Below, in pieces: positions 1-9,620 of a DNA stretch of 32,905 bases (positions within the stretch are counted from its first letter, which is position 1; each line of letters starts with the position of its first letter). This DNA comes from a virus. Its lineage: Duplodnaviria; Caudoviricetes. The position numbers and the translations under genes are program-made. A model generated the notes under the pieces. It did no database searches, was not told where the DNA came from, and was given only the letters and a program-made list of their open reading frames with translations. The DNA lies in the IMG/VR virus record IMGVR_UViG_3300020045_019262, positions 1-32,905 of that record; one strand, 5' to 3'.

Positions 1-112
1 CTCTTGAATCCAATGTTGACGCTCAAAGAGTCTCTGATATTTCAAATAAAGTTGTGAAAACTTCTAGAAAAAAGAATTCAGCTTTTGAACAAAATCCAAA
101 TGGTAGAATTTT
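1..112. repeat. Perfect 112-bp inverted duplicate of 2390-2501 (probable chimeric contig end)
   Basis: 1-112 is the exact reverse complement of 2390-2501; identity stops abruptly at 113/2389. Confidence 0.95.
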
Positions 113-3100
113 TGTCTTTCAAACACATTAGTGAAACCTTTATCAAAATTATCATGTAACTCTTTTAACTTTCCAACGTAGGCCACTTGCTTCAACTTAC
201 CGTTCTGTAAGTTGTTAAAAGATTGTACAAGAGGTGACTCAGGATCATAACCCATAACTCTATCTATAATTTGTTCTACTGGTTTAAGATTGTAGAAGAA
301 CATTTGTAATCCTTCTTTTATACCTTCAACCATATTTCGTAACAAGGACTTAGAATTTTTAGAAGCAAATCTTTTTGAAGTGAAATTTGATTTCCATTTC
401 CCTGGCTTATTACGCTCATATCCTTTTTGTACGATTTCGTTAATCACTTCTTTATAATCTAAAGACTGATTTCCTGATTTTATTTTCTTTTCATTAGCTC
501 CGTTTTTGTAAACAGAATTTAATGTGTCAGAAAGATCTCTAAATGTGGAAACTGTAAGAGGTTCATTTGCTCCAATTCCACTGCGAATGCTGTCAGCGAA
601 ATAAATATCCCCACGGCTTCCTGTTTCATCTCTCTCAATAAATGATCCTAATGCTTCGTTCAAATCTCTTGTAGGTTTACCACTTGTATTTGTGAAATAT
701 GTGTCGAGTTCAGACTCATACATTCCTTCAGCAGAACCTTTAACAGATCTTTTTGTAGGATAACCATTTGATTGAAGAACAATGTGAAGTAACGCATTGT
801 GATCTGGAGAAATACTTCTGATTATCTTAGAGTCAGAAATCTTTTTAATTAACTTGACTGAAGAAGATACTTGTTTCTCAAAATCACGAGCTTCTTTATA
901 CAACAAGTGAGACAATAATTGTTCTCTTTTGTTTTTATATGCTTCAATATAGTCTTTTTCCAACAGAGCTTTCTGAACTCTGTCACCTGCACGTCTCATT
1001 GCAGCGAGAAATGTTTTAGATGATTTACTCCCTCTTTTGAAATCCATATTTTCAAATTTAGATTTAGCAAAGTTTTCCAAACTATTCATGTCAAGTTTAG
1101 GGAAATCAACTTCACCAATTTCTTTCGCCAATGTCTTAGACAGAGCATTCAGTTCTGTTAAGAGAACTTCTTTGAAGTCACCATCAATAACAGAGTCTAT
1201 TGCTTGTTGTTTAAGATTAGTAGGTTCAAGAGATGCGTAGACTTCTTTCTCAGCTTCTTTGTGAATAAAGTCTCTTACTGCATCCACAATGTGTTGGTTA
1301 CGTTTCTTACCTGATAAACTTTCTCTCATCATTTGGAATTCTACCAAGTCTTTAGCAAAAACTTTTTCGTCAGTATATCTACCATACGTCATCATTTCTC
1401 TAAAATCGACACCGTTTTCTCCAAATATTTCTTGAGGAACTTTGTTTGTAATCTCCTCACCAAACAAAGAGGAGAAAACATCTCTGTCTAATTTAACAGG
1501 AGTCTCGCCGCCCATTGTAAATTTATTTTGGGTTGGATCGTATTTCATATATTTTGTATCAGGTGATTTCACCATGCGATACAATGTTTGGAATTTGTCA
1601 GAATAAAACAAATCTTCCATTCTACCATCTGACTCAATAGCAATCTGTCTGTTTGTTTCATCCTTCATACGTTCTCTTAAAACGTCCATTTTCTTAGAAA
1701 CAGTTTTATCTCGTATAGCTTCAGCTTGTTCAAGAACCCTTTCCTTGTACGCCTTGTATTCGACTTCAGTCATGTTCATTGATTCACGAGATGGGAAAGC
1801 AGCGTCAATGTTAAGATCTTCAATAACTTCTTGAGAAATCTTTTCTGCTTCCAATAATCTGTCAAAGATTTCAACAATTTTAGGAGACATTGTTACTCCA
1901 AGATCACGCAAACCTTCATAGATTTTAGTCAAAAGGGATGCAAATCTTCTGAATGTGTTAGCCAAACCTTTTGAAGGAGCTTTCCCATTCATGACATACG
2001 TTTCAAAAGCTCTCGCCCAAGCCTCGTGCATGATACGACGAGCCATTCTTGTTGTATCATCGTCCAATTTGAAGTTATCATCAATAGATCGTCTGATAAA
2101 ATCAGCACCACCTCTAGAGTGAATGTCTTTTATGAGTGCTAGACTTTTAACATCTTTCTGTCTTTTATAAATTCGCTCCATAAAATTGAGCTGTTCAGTA
2201 GAAACACCTTTAAACCAATCTTTAATGTCAGCGTAATCCTGTACAAATTGAGCTTGAAGAGGGTTGTTTGGATCAGCATTCTTAATGTCAGTGAAAATAT
2301 CTTCCAAAAACTTGTGGCCAAATTCGTGTATTAAAGTTGATGGATTAGAATTTTTAAAGAGCTGAATGATATGAACAGAGTCTTCTAGTAAAATTCTACC
2401 ATTTGGATTTTGTTCAAAAGCTGAATTCTTTTTTCTAGAAGTTTTCACAACTTTATTTGAAATATCAGAGACTCTTTGAGCGTCAACATTGGATTCAAGA
2501 GACCTAACAAGAACTGGTTCTTTCATTCCTTTAATGTTGATTCCATTTTTATCTGCAATTTTAGTGACGTATTTTCTGTAATCAGAAGCTCCGTCCTCTT
2601 GGTATTTGCTAGAAATTGCATCAACTCGTCTGTTGCCTGACAAAATAGTTCCATCAGCAGAGATAACAGGAGAAGCATCTCTGACGCTATCTGAGTCACG
2701 AGTTAAATCTAATGATCTTAATTTAGACAGGATGGGTAAGCCTTGATAGTTTTCATTGAGTTTTAATTCTGAGGCATCAACAATTCTAATAGAAGTTCTA
2801 ACATTATCTGAACCAATTTTAACAAAAGATTTAGAAACCTCTTGACCCAATTTTTGTTCGACAGGATTATTGTCCAAAATAACTGAAGTTTCTTTCGCAT
2901 CAGAATCATATAGATTTAATGTTTTACGCCCTTGATAATTAGCATTTTCCCCTGTGTCGACTCTCTGAAATTCCAATGGTTTAAGTGAATATTCCCCGAT
3001 GATTCCCCCATTAACTCCGCCGTTACGTTTATCCTTAGACGCATAGTATTCTGTGAGTATTTTAGCGAAACCAGCTTTGTCTTTAGCAGAAACACCTGTC

Positions 3101-4926
3101 TCATCCAACTTATTAGAAATCATATTAAACAAGATTTGTTTGTCTGTCAGTTCTGGGTTTTTAGATATAGACGGATTTAAAAGACCTTCAAAATAATCTG
3201 TCAAAGATTTGCTGACTGTCTCTGGTAAAGTAGCCTCATAATTTCGTGCTTCACTCGCTGTCAAAGAATCTTCACTAGCTCTTGTTTCAGGCAACAAATC
3301 TTTAAGAACATTTTCCTGTGAATATGACAAGAGGCGAGATGTTTCAATCGAAATATCAGCTCCAGTATCAATAGCAGTGTCAAGTTGTTTATCCAAATCT
3401 GGAATAATTTTATTCCATAGTTCAGGATTTGCAGCAACTTGATCTCGTAATGTTTCTTTAGAGATGTGTAATGTTTCTGGAACTTCTGAATTTCGTAGGG
3501 CTAATTGTAAGAACTCGTTGAATTTATCAGGATCTCTTTGTAAAACTTGAGACTCTCTAATTGCAGAACTAAGTTCACCAAGTTGTCTTTCAGTTTCAAC
3601 AGCAGGATTAGCTTTGTTTGAATAATTTCTAAAGGCTTTAGATAATCCAGGAACAGAAGCTCCCAAAGCTCCAAAGGATACTGCACCAAAAGCACCAGCA
3701 TAAGCTGGTCTTGTTAAAAATTCCTCAGTAGCTTTCTGTGAATCTGTGAATGCAGAGTTTGCACCGATTGTTGTTAATCCGATTTCAGAAGATACGTTTG
3801 TCGCTAATTCAGAAACGCCAGATCCTACTGCTCCAACTCCTGCACCAACAAGGCCAGCTCTAAGAGAACTTACTCCTAATTGTTCACCTTTAAATATCTT
3901 TTGAGCGACTCCTGAAATTTTATCCAAAGGTAATTTATTGATCGCATAGTTTGAAGCAAACCCTAAGCCACCTGCTGTCCTTGCTGCTACGATCCCTTCT
4001 TCATGTGACTTACCTTGAGCAATAGCGTCATTGTACGCCTCTGAGGCCGCCTGACCTGCCCCCATGATGCTTTGATCTAAATTGACTGTCTCAGTCCCAA
4101 CAGTCCATGCCGTCTTAGGATTTCGTGTTACAGCTAAAGTTCCAAGAGCTGACGCAAGACCAGCACCAACTGTTGTTGTCAATCCTGATGCAAATTGAGT
4201 AACATTTTTAGGAACGCTGTACCACAAACTATCAGAAGGCATGGTCTCTCTGTTTTTCAATTCAGTAACAGGATTACCAAGTGCTGTCTGAATACTCGCT
4301 TTATATCTATCATAGCGACCACCAAGATCATTAGCAAACCCTGTTGAAAGACCACCTGCAATTTTACTTAATGTTCCAAAGTCGTCGTAAGATGTTGACA
4401 CATTTGAGGGGTCACTTGCCCACGCAATGATGGTAGGATTGTCCATACTAGGAATTATTTTATTTTTGAACAGATATTGTTTCTCAAAATCCTGATAATT
4501 TGCCTTAACTTCCTCGGGTGTGATATTGAGGTCTTTTGCTATTTTTACTGCACGCACATTGTTATCTACGTTCTCACCTAATGAAGCCCATACATTGTTC
4601 AAAGATGTTTTCATCAAGTCCTGTTGCAACTCTTGTGCTTGTAAATCAACAGCTTGCGTAGGTTCTACTTTAACTGAAGTAATATCTTTGTCGAAATTAG
4701 GTTTAAACTTCTCATATTTAGTTAATGGTTCTGGTTGAGTTTGCTCTAAATTTCCTGCGGGTGGAACAGGAACATTATCCGTATTAGCCACACCAACCTC
4801 TGTCAAAGGAGATGTCGTCATTCCTGAAACAGAACTAGCTGTTTGGTTTGTATTATCAACAGTAAAGTTTGTTGTCACATCTTCTTGTGAGCTTTTATTG
4901 GGAGACAATCCGTCTAATGAAACCAT
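64..4926 (-). CDS. Large internal virion/ejection (polyvalent) protein with ddrB-like ParB and zincin-like metallopeptidase domains; C-terminus probably truncated by the chimeric join
   Basis: 1620 aa. Gly/Ala-rich hydrophobic N-terminal third. PVISADGTILSGNRRVDAI...MKEPVLVR is ddrB-ParB-like. STLIHEFGH plus HEAWARAFETYVMNGKAPS is an HExxH peptidase pattern. RBS GAGG precedes the ATG. The stop codon lies inside the inverted duplicate. Confidence 0.75.
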   Translation of the reverse strand: MVSLDGLSPNKSSQEDVTTNFTVDNTNQTASSVSGMTTSPLTEVGVANTDNVPVPPAGNLEQTQPEPLTKYEKFKPNFDKDITSVKVEPTQAVDLQAQELQQDLMKTSLNNVWASLGENVDNNVRAVKIAKDLNITPEEVKANYQDFEKQYLFKNKIIPSMDNPTIIAWASDPSNVSTSYDDFGTLSKIAGGLSTGFANDLGGRYDRYKASIQTALGNPVTELKNRETMPSDSLWYSVPKNVTQFASGLTTTVGAGLASALGTLAVTRNPKTAWTVGTETVNLDQSIMGAGQAASEAYNDAIAQGKSHEEGIVAARTAGGLGFASNYAINKLPLDKISGVAQKIFKGEQLGVSSLRAGLVGAGVGAVGSGVSELATNVSSEIGLTTIGANSAFTDSQKATEEFLTRPAYAGAFGAVSFGALGASVPGLSKAFRNYSNKANPAVETERQLGELSSAIRESQVLQRDPDKFNEFLQLALRNSEVPETLHISKETLRDQVAANPELWNKIIPDLDKQLDTAIDTGADISIETSRLLSYSQENVLKDLLPETRASEDSLTASEARNYEATLPETVSKSLTDYFEGLLNPSISKNPELTDKQILFNMISNKLDETGVSAKDKAGFAKILTEYYASKDKRNGGVNGGIIGEYSLKPLEFQRVDTGENANYQGRKTLNLYDSDAKETSVILDNNPVEQKLGQEVSKSFVKIGSDNVRTSIRIVDASELKLNENYQGLPILSKLRSLDLTRDSDSVRDASPVISADGTILSGNRRVDAISSKYQEDGASDYRKYVTKIADKNGINIKGMKEPVLVRSLESNVDAQRVSDISNKVVKTSRKKNSAFEQNPNGRILLEDSVHIIQLFKNSNPSTLIHEFGHKFLEDIFTDIKNADPNNPLQAQFVQDYADIKDWFKGVSTEQLNFMERIYKRQKDVKSLALIKDIHSRGGADFIRRSIDDNFKLDDDTTRMARRIMHEAWARAFETYVMNGKAPSKGLANTFRRFASLLTKIYEGLRDLGVTMSPKIVEIFDRLLEAEKISQEVIEDLNIDAAFPSRESMNMTEVEYKAYKERVLEQAEAIRDKTVSKKMDVLRERMKDETNRQIAIESDGRMEDLFYSDKFQTLYRMVKSPDTKYMKYDPTQNKFTMGGETPVKLDRDVFSSLFGEEITNKVPQEIFGENGVDFREMMTYGRYTDEKVFAKDLVEFQMMRESLSGKKRNQHIVDAVRDFIHKEAEKEVYASLEPTNLKQQAIDSVIDGDFKEVLLTELNALSKTLAKEIGEVDFPKLDMNSLENFAKSKFENMDFKRGSKSSKTFLAAMRRAGDRVQKALLEKDYIEAYKNKREQLLSHLLYKEARDFEKQVSSSVKLIKKISDSKIIRSISPDHNALLHIVLQSNGYPTKRSVKGSAEGMYESELDTYFTNTSGKPTRDLNEALGSFIERDETGSRGDIYFADSIRSGIGANEPLTVSTFRDLSDTLNSVYKNGANEKKIKSGNQSLDYKEVINEIVQKGYERNKPGKWKSNFTSKRFASKNSKSLLRNMVEGIKEGLQMFFYNLKPVEQIIDRVMGYDPESPLVQSFNNLQNGKLKQVAYVGKLKELHDNFDKGFTNVFERQKFYHLDFVQKLNSFF

Positions 4927-5011
4927 ATTATATTCCTCTTTAAATTACTGTAATTGTATCATTGTTTCTAGTTTTAGTAAAGTATAGAGACTAGCTTTTG
5001 AATTATCTTTA

Positions 5012-5027
5012 TGGTATAATAATACCA
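5012..5027 (+). promoter_or_regulatory. TGGTA-N6-TACCA palindrome / extended -10 upstream of the tail fibre operon
   Basis: TGGTATAATAATACCA contains TGnTATAAT and lies just upstream of RBS AGGAGG. Confidence 0.7.
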
Positions 5028-5043
5028 TAAATTAGGAGGATAT

Positions 5044-7476
5044 ATGACCGTTGAAACTGAGAAATCTGAAGAGACTTATCCAGGTAATGGCTCAAGTAGA
5101 AATTTTAGCATTCCATTTAGATTGGATGATAATACAAAATTAAAAGTATATGTTACAAATAAAGCTGTTAGCCCATATTCAGTAACAGAGATATTGCCTT
5201 CAGATTATATTGTTAATGGTGAGTTTGTTACTTATCCTAAGACAACATCTCTGTCTGCGATCAGTTCAACAAAGAGCATTACTATTAAAAGGGATCTGCC
5301 ATTAAAGCAGGACACGAATTTCATCACGTTGTCGGGGGTCTATTTAGAGCGTTTAGAGCATGGTTTTGATAATCAAATGATGATTATTCAACAACTTAAC
5401 GACAAATTGAGCAGAGCTGTTTTGACTCCTATTGGGGGAGGTATTAACCCTAACACATATCTTGACAGGATTGAGTTAGCTAAAACTCAAGCACAAGCCG
5501 CAGCAACTGTTGCCCAAAATGCTACGATTGATATGCCAGCAGTTCCTTTCAAAGAGGTGTTCGGTATCGGAGGTACAAATCCGTTTGATCTGTTACAGTC
5601 ACATAATGGGAATTTAGCGAATGCCTCAGTTGGTTCAGGAGGATTAATTGTAAATCTTCCAAAGATGGACACTTTGAATTTCCCATATTTAACGGCAGTT
5701 CGTAGAAACTCTGGAACAACGAGCTTTGTTGTCAATCCTGCGTCTGGAGACACAATCGCTGGAGCTTCAAGTGTTCCTGTTGAAAATATTGGTGACGTTA
5801 TTATCTTTGTTGCAGACGACGATAGTTTATCAGGTAATTGGACACCAATTTATTGTAAAGCTGGAATAACAGAAGGATCAGTTACAGAAAGTAAGATTGC
5901 TGATTTGGCTGTTACTACTTCTAAACTTGACGATGGAGCTGTTACGACTACAAAAGTTGCAACAAATGCTGTCGGATTGACTCAATTAAGTGTAGCAGTT
6001 AATAATTTGTTAGATGGTTTAGTAGGGAACGCTGTACAAGACCATAGTTCTGCTGGTTCACCTTACACTCTCACAACTTCTACAAGAGGCAATCTATTTA
6101 GGGTTAATGCTTCATCCTCTGTTGTCTACAATCTTCCTGTTATTTCATCTTCTGTATCACCTCATGTTCTAATAATTAAACGAACAACAGGAACATCGTC
6201 TATAACAATCAATGCAGGATCTGGAAACACGATTGAAGGTGGATCATCTCTTGTAATGTCTACAACTGTTGGCGATAGTGTTATGCTTATTGCTGACTTT
6301 TCGGGGGCAGGTGCTGGAAATTGGACAGCAATTTTATTACCTTCAGCGTCTACAGGATCTGGATCAATCGCAGCAGGAAGTATCACATCAACCGAATTGG
6401 CTACTGATGCAGTCATCACAACTAAAATTACCAACCTGAATGTAACAGGTGCAAAAATTGCTGATGCTACAATCACTAATGCTAAGTTGGTTGATGATAC
6501 CATCACTGGTGGAAAGATTGCTGCAACAACAATAGCTCAAGGAAACATGGCTAATTCCTCTATAGGAACTGCACAACTCATTGATGATAGTGTAACAAAT
6601 GCCAAAATAGGAGCAAATTCTGTAGGCACAACCCAGCTTATTGATGCGAATGTAACAGGAGCTAAAATTGCTGCAACAACAATTACTCAGGCAAAACTAG
6701 CAAATGCTTCTGTTGGAACAGCTCAGATTATTGATGCTAATATCACTCAAGCTAAAATGGCAACCAACTCTGTCGACACTGGCAACCTAGTTGCAGCATC
6801 TGTGACAGCGTCAAAGATTGCAGACGGAGCTATTACAGGAGGTAAAATTGCTTCAGGAGCTGTGGATACTGCAAACATTGCTGCATCTGCTATTACAAAC
6901 ACACTTCTTGCAAACACAAGTGTCAGCAATTCGAAACTATATGATAATGCAGTTGGTACTTCTAAAATTATTGATGCCAATGTTACGCAAGCAAAATTAG
7001 CAAATGGTTCTGTTGGAACAGCACAACTTATTGATTCTAATATCACCCTTGCTAAATTAGCAGCTAACTCTGTTGGAACGTCTCAATTAGTGGACTCAAA
7101 TGTCACTCAAGCCAAACTGGAATCAAGTGTTTCATCAACTTTAGATAATGTTTTTGCGAGAGATGTTTTATCTATAAGTTCATCAACAACATTATCAACA
7201 ACTCATAAAGGTTGCTTAGTAAACGTAACTGCTTCATCAACTGTAACAATAACTCTCCCAACTATTTCTGCAATTACAGGACCATTTTCTTTCAAAGTTC
7301 GCAGGTATTCTGGAGCAAGTACGATTACAATTAACAGAGCTAGTACCGATACAATCAATCATGGTACAAGTACAGGTTTAACTACTCTGAACATGACGAC
7401 GACTGTAGGTGATTGGATTGAATTTGTTGCCGACTTTACAGGGGCTACAGCTAACCAATGGTTTACATTAGCATGA
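5044..7476 (+). CDS. Tail fibre protein (T7 gp17-like N-terminal adaptor, 10-aa repeat shaft, three copies of a small beta domain)
   Basis: N-terminus YPGNGSSRNFSIPF...ITIKRDLP...LEHGFDNQMMIIQQL. Repeats such as AVTTTKIADG and SVGTAQLIDANVTQAKL. Three LPxI...GDxVxFVAD...W modules. Confidence 0.85.
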   Translation: MTVETEKSEETYPGNGSSRNFSIPFRLDDNTKLKVYVTNKAVSPYSVTEILPSDYIVNGEFVTYPKTTSLSAISSTKSITIKRDLPLKQDTNFITLSGVYLERLEHGFDNQMMIIQQLNDKLSRAVLTPIGGGINPNTYLDRIELAKTQAQAAATVAQNATIDMPAVPFKEVFGIGGTNPFDLLQSHNGNLANASVGSGGLIVNLPKMDTLNFPYLTAVRRNSGTTSFVVNPASGDTIAGASSVPVENIGDVIIFVADDDSLSGNWTPIYCKAGITEGSVTESKIADLAVTTSKLDDGAVTTTKVATNAVGLTQLSVAVNNLLDGLVGNAVQDHSSAGSPYTLTTSTRGNLFRVNASSSVVYNLPVISSSVSPHVLIIKRTTGTSSITINAGSGNTIEGGSSLVMSTTVGDSVMLIADFSGAGAGNWTAILLPSASTGSGSIAAGSITSTELATDAVITTKITNLNVTGAKIADATITNAKLVDDTITGGKIAATTIAQGNMANSSIGTAQLIDDSVTNAKIGANSVGTTQLIDANVTGAKIAATTITQAKLANASVGTAQIIDANITQAKMATNSVDTGNLVAASVTASKIADGAITGGKIASGAVDTANIAASAITNTLLANTSVSNSKLYDNAVGTSKIIDANVTQAKLANGSVGTAQLIDSNITLAKLAANSVGTSQLVDSNVTQAKLESSVSSTLDNVFARDVLSISSSTTLSTTHKGCLVNVTASSTVTITLPTISAITGPFSFKVRRYSGASTITINRASTDTINHGTSTGLTTLNMTTTVGDWIEFVADFTGATANQWFTLA

Positions 7477-7958
7477 TGAATGAGAAAGAATTTGTTGCCG
7501 TAAAAACTGTCCAATTCATGCTTCCATACATGGATTGGTTTCCTGTTTATAAACAAAGTGACAGATATGGGTATATTAAAGGTTTCAATTATCATCAAAA
7601 AGATGTCGACAAGAATTTGAACACGGATAAAGATGAAAGTTTACACCATCTTATATCAGAATTAATGTTGATTTTAGACTTAATTGAAACATTAGTTGGT
7701 TCTGTTGAACTAACCATCAATCAAAAAATAGCTCTCCTGTCGTACGTTTATTCATCAGATAAAGAAACTATCGCAGATGGTAAAGTTTTCTTATGGTTGT
7801 TATTGTGCGAACATGATATAGTGTCTGAAGTGATTAGGAAATGTATTTATATTAACGGTAGAACAAGTGAACAACTGTTAAATAGAAGATTGAACGAATC
7901 AAAACTGTATTTGGGAACAAAAGAAAAGGAGGATTTTTGTGATGTCCAATATGTATGA
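7473..7958 (+). CDS. GH24 phage lysozyme-like protein with degenerate catalytic motif
   Basis: LTINQKIALLSYVY and YINGRTSEQLLNRRLNESKLYL match GH24 C-terminal motifs. The N-terminal E...D...T triad is not recognisable. ATG overlaps the fibre stop (ATGA). Confidence 0.65.
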   Translation: MMNEKEFVAVKTVQFMLPYMDWFPVYKQSDRYGYIKGFNYHQKDVDKNLNTDKDESLHHLISELMLILDLIETLVGSVELTINQKIALLSYVYSSDKETIADGKVFLWLLLCEHDIVSEVIRKCIYINGRTSEQLLNRRLNESKLYLGTKEKEDFCDVQYV

Positions 7959-8373
7959 ATACCTTAATAATTGGTTCTTAGGGATTGTTGGTGCAGCAAT
8001 CTTAGGAATGTTAGGTGTAGTTTTTAATTATGCCAAAAAATTAATCACGAGTTATAACGTCATTGAACGAAATTATGAACTGCAAAACAGAGAACTGACT
8101 CAGTTAAAATTGGATTTTGAAGACTTTAAGAACGAAATGAAACAAGAACTGTTGATTACTAAAGACGAATTAACAGATACGATTGAGAAAAATGACGAAA
8201 ATACAAGAGAGAAATTGAACGCATTGTCGGCTCAATATGGTCATCTTTTAACAATGCTATCTAATTTGTCAGCAAAAGTTGATACAAATCATTCAACACT
8301 TGTTCAAATGATGACTGATAATAACCAACTTTTGATAGCAACACTTGTGGATAAGCTAACGACAAGGGGCTAA
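7942..8373 (+). CDS. Single-TM plus coiled-coil protein, holin/lysis-like
   Basis: WFLGIVGAAILGMLGVVFNY hydrophobic helix followed by a heptad-rich region; RBS AGGAGG; adjacent to the lysozyme-like gene. Confidence 0.55.
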   Translation: MSNMYEYLNNWFLGIVGAAILGMLGVVFNYAKKLITSYNVIERNYELQNRELTQLKLDFEDFKNEMKQELLITKDELTDTIEKNDENTREKLNALSAQYGHLLTMLSNLSAKVDTNHSTLVQMMTDNNQLLIATLVDKLTTRG

Positions 8374-8532
8374 TTTTAAGAAATTAATTAGCTCGTCAAA
8401 CTCCGTGATTTTACAATCTTTTGAAAAGTCACGGATTAATCTTTCAATAGAATTAGACAAAGATATAATTCCTTGTAAATCTCTGGGATCAACCTCGCTA
8501 AATTTACGCTCTATTTCTTTTATCTTGCACAT
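8356..8532 (-). CDS. Small hypothetical protein
   Basis: RBS GAGGT before ATG; last gene of the capsid operon. Confidence 0.45.
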   Translation of the reverse strand: MCKIKEIERKFSEVDPRDLQGIISLSNSIERLIRDFSKDCKITEFDELINFLKLAPCR

Positions 8533-8540
8533 AACATACC

Positions 8541-8720
8541 TCACTTTTTATCAGAAGAGTAGTAGCCTACACCTGCTACCCCAAGTGATAAGAGCCAAGT
8601 TTCACCGTCTATTTTCCCAAATACACAGAGACCTGATGCTACTAGGAAAACTACAAGCCCGACACTTGTAGTTTTCCAATCAGAACTCTTAGCTTTTTTT
8701 ACGAGTTCTTGTAGAGCCAT
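8541..8720 (-). CDS. Small two-TM membrane protein, putative holin
   Basis: WKTTSVGLVVFLVASGL...WLLSLGVAGVGYYSSDKK gives two hydrophobic helices and a charged C-terminus; RBS AGGA. Confidence 0.55.
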   Translation of the reverse strand: MALQELVKKAKSSDWKTTSVGLVVFLVASGLCVFGKIDGETWLLSLGVAGVGYYSSDKK

Positions 8721-9102
8721 TTGTGATCCTATTATCATAATTCAATGTGTCATCATCAATTTCTACAGCTTCATCTTCCACAATATCAACACCTGCGATT
8801 TCAATTTCGAAAACTTCTTTTTTAGGTTTGAGTCTGTTTAAAATTTTATTCAGATGAGTTGAGCTACTGACATACGAAACGCTCTCTAAACCATCTTTTC
8901 TATTTTGTAAAATTTTACGGCATTCTTCCTCAACAGCAAGAACCATTTTTTCATAACATTGTTCAGCTAATTCATTTAGAGGATGCCAAGTCATACTTGG
9001 GACTCTATTAGCAGAGGTTTTAATTCTTGTTTTTGCTGGAACAAGGACTCCACCTAAAAAATTCTTTTCTAGTAATTCATATTCAGCTTTGTTCGATGTC
9101 AT
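8689..9102 (-). CDS. Hypothetical protein downstream of the cement gene
   Basis: 137 aa, RBS AGGAG, acidic-then-basic tail. Confidence 0.7.
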   Translation of the reverse strand: MTSNKAEYELLEKNFLGGVLVPAKTRIKTSANRVPSMTWHPLNELAEQCYEKMVLAVEEECRKILQNRKDGLESVSYVSSSTHLNKILNRLKPKKEVFEIEIAGVDIVEDEAVEIDDDTLNYDNRITNGSTRTRKKS

Positions 9103-9122
9103 GTGTATCTCCTATAATTATG

Positions 9123-9145
9123 ACCCTGAGTAACGCCAGGTGCGT
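9123..9145 (-). promoter_or_regulatory. Conserved 23-nt leader hairpin, copy 1
   Basis: 21/23 identical to 28794-28816 and at nearly the same distance from a start codon. Confidence 0.6.
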
Positions 9146-9150
9146 GAAGA

Positions 9151-9178
9151 AAGCGTTAGGCAGATTCGCCTAACGCTT
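9151..9178. terminator. Hairpin after the capsid/cement genes
   Basis: AAGCGTTAGGC-AGATTC-GCCTAACGCTT inverted repeat immediately after the cement gene stop. Confidence 0.65.
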
Positions 9179-9183
9179 ATTGG

Positions 9184-9609
9184 TTAAACGTATTGTACTA
9201 AGTTAGATCCGTCAGGACTTGTTGCCAATGCAGCAAAAACTGTTCCAGCTGTGAAATCAGCTGTACCTACTGTATAGCGTAAACGCAAGAATTGTTCACA
9301 GTTGGTAGGTAAAGCAATTTCCCACAAAAGTTTATTCTTTGTGATAGCTGCTTTTGCGATTGAAGCACTAGTTGCAATCGTTGTTGCAGAAGAAAATGCT
9401 TCATTGTCATCTGTTTCCACAGTGATAACAAGAGTAGATGACCCACCAGAGGTAAAGTCTAATGCTCCAGTTTTGACAACAACGTAAAGTTTGTTACCAA
9501 TACCGATGTTCCCTTTTGAAGAACCACTGGTTTTGATGACGTTGGTTGACACACGAGTTGCAGTTAATGCAACAGTTTGGTCAAAAATATTTTCAGAATC
9601 GTAAGACAT
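9184..9609 (-). CDS. Capsid cement/decoration protein (BPP-1 Bbp16-like)
   Basis: Directly after the major capsid gene; STNVI...ETDDNEAFSSATT...QFLRLRYTVGTADFTAGTVFAAL fits Bbp16-family jelly-rolls. Confidence 0.85.
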   Translation of the reverse strand: MSYDSENIFDQTVALTATRVSTNVIKTSGSSKGNIGIGNKLYVVVKTGALDFTSGGSSTLVITVETDDNEAFSSATTIATSASIAKAAITKNKLLWEIALPTNCEQFLRLRYTVGTADFTAGTVFAALATSPDGSNLVQYV

Positions 9610-9620
9610 TCAAACCTCCT

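Noticed and set aside
5044-7476. BPP-1-like diversity-generating retroelement targeting the fibre
   Set aside because: No reverse transcriptase and no adenine-specific TR/VR pair noticed in the window.
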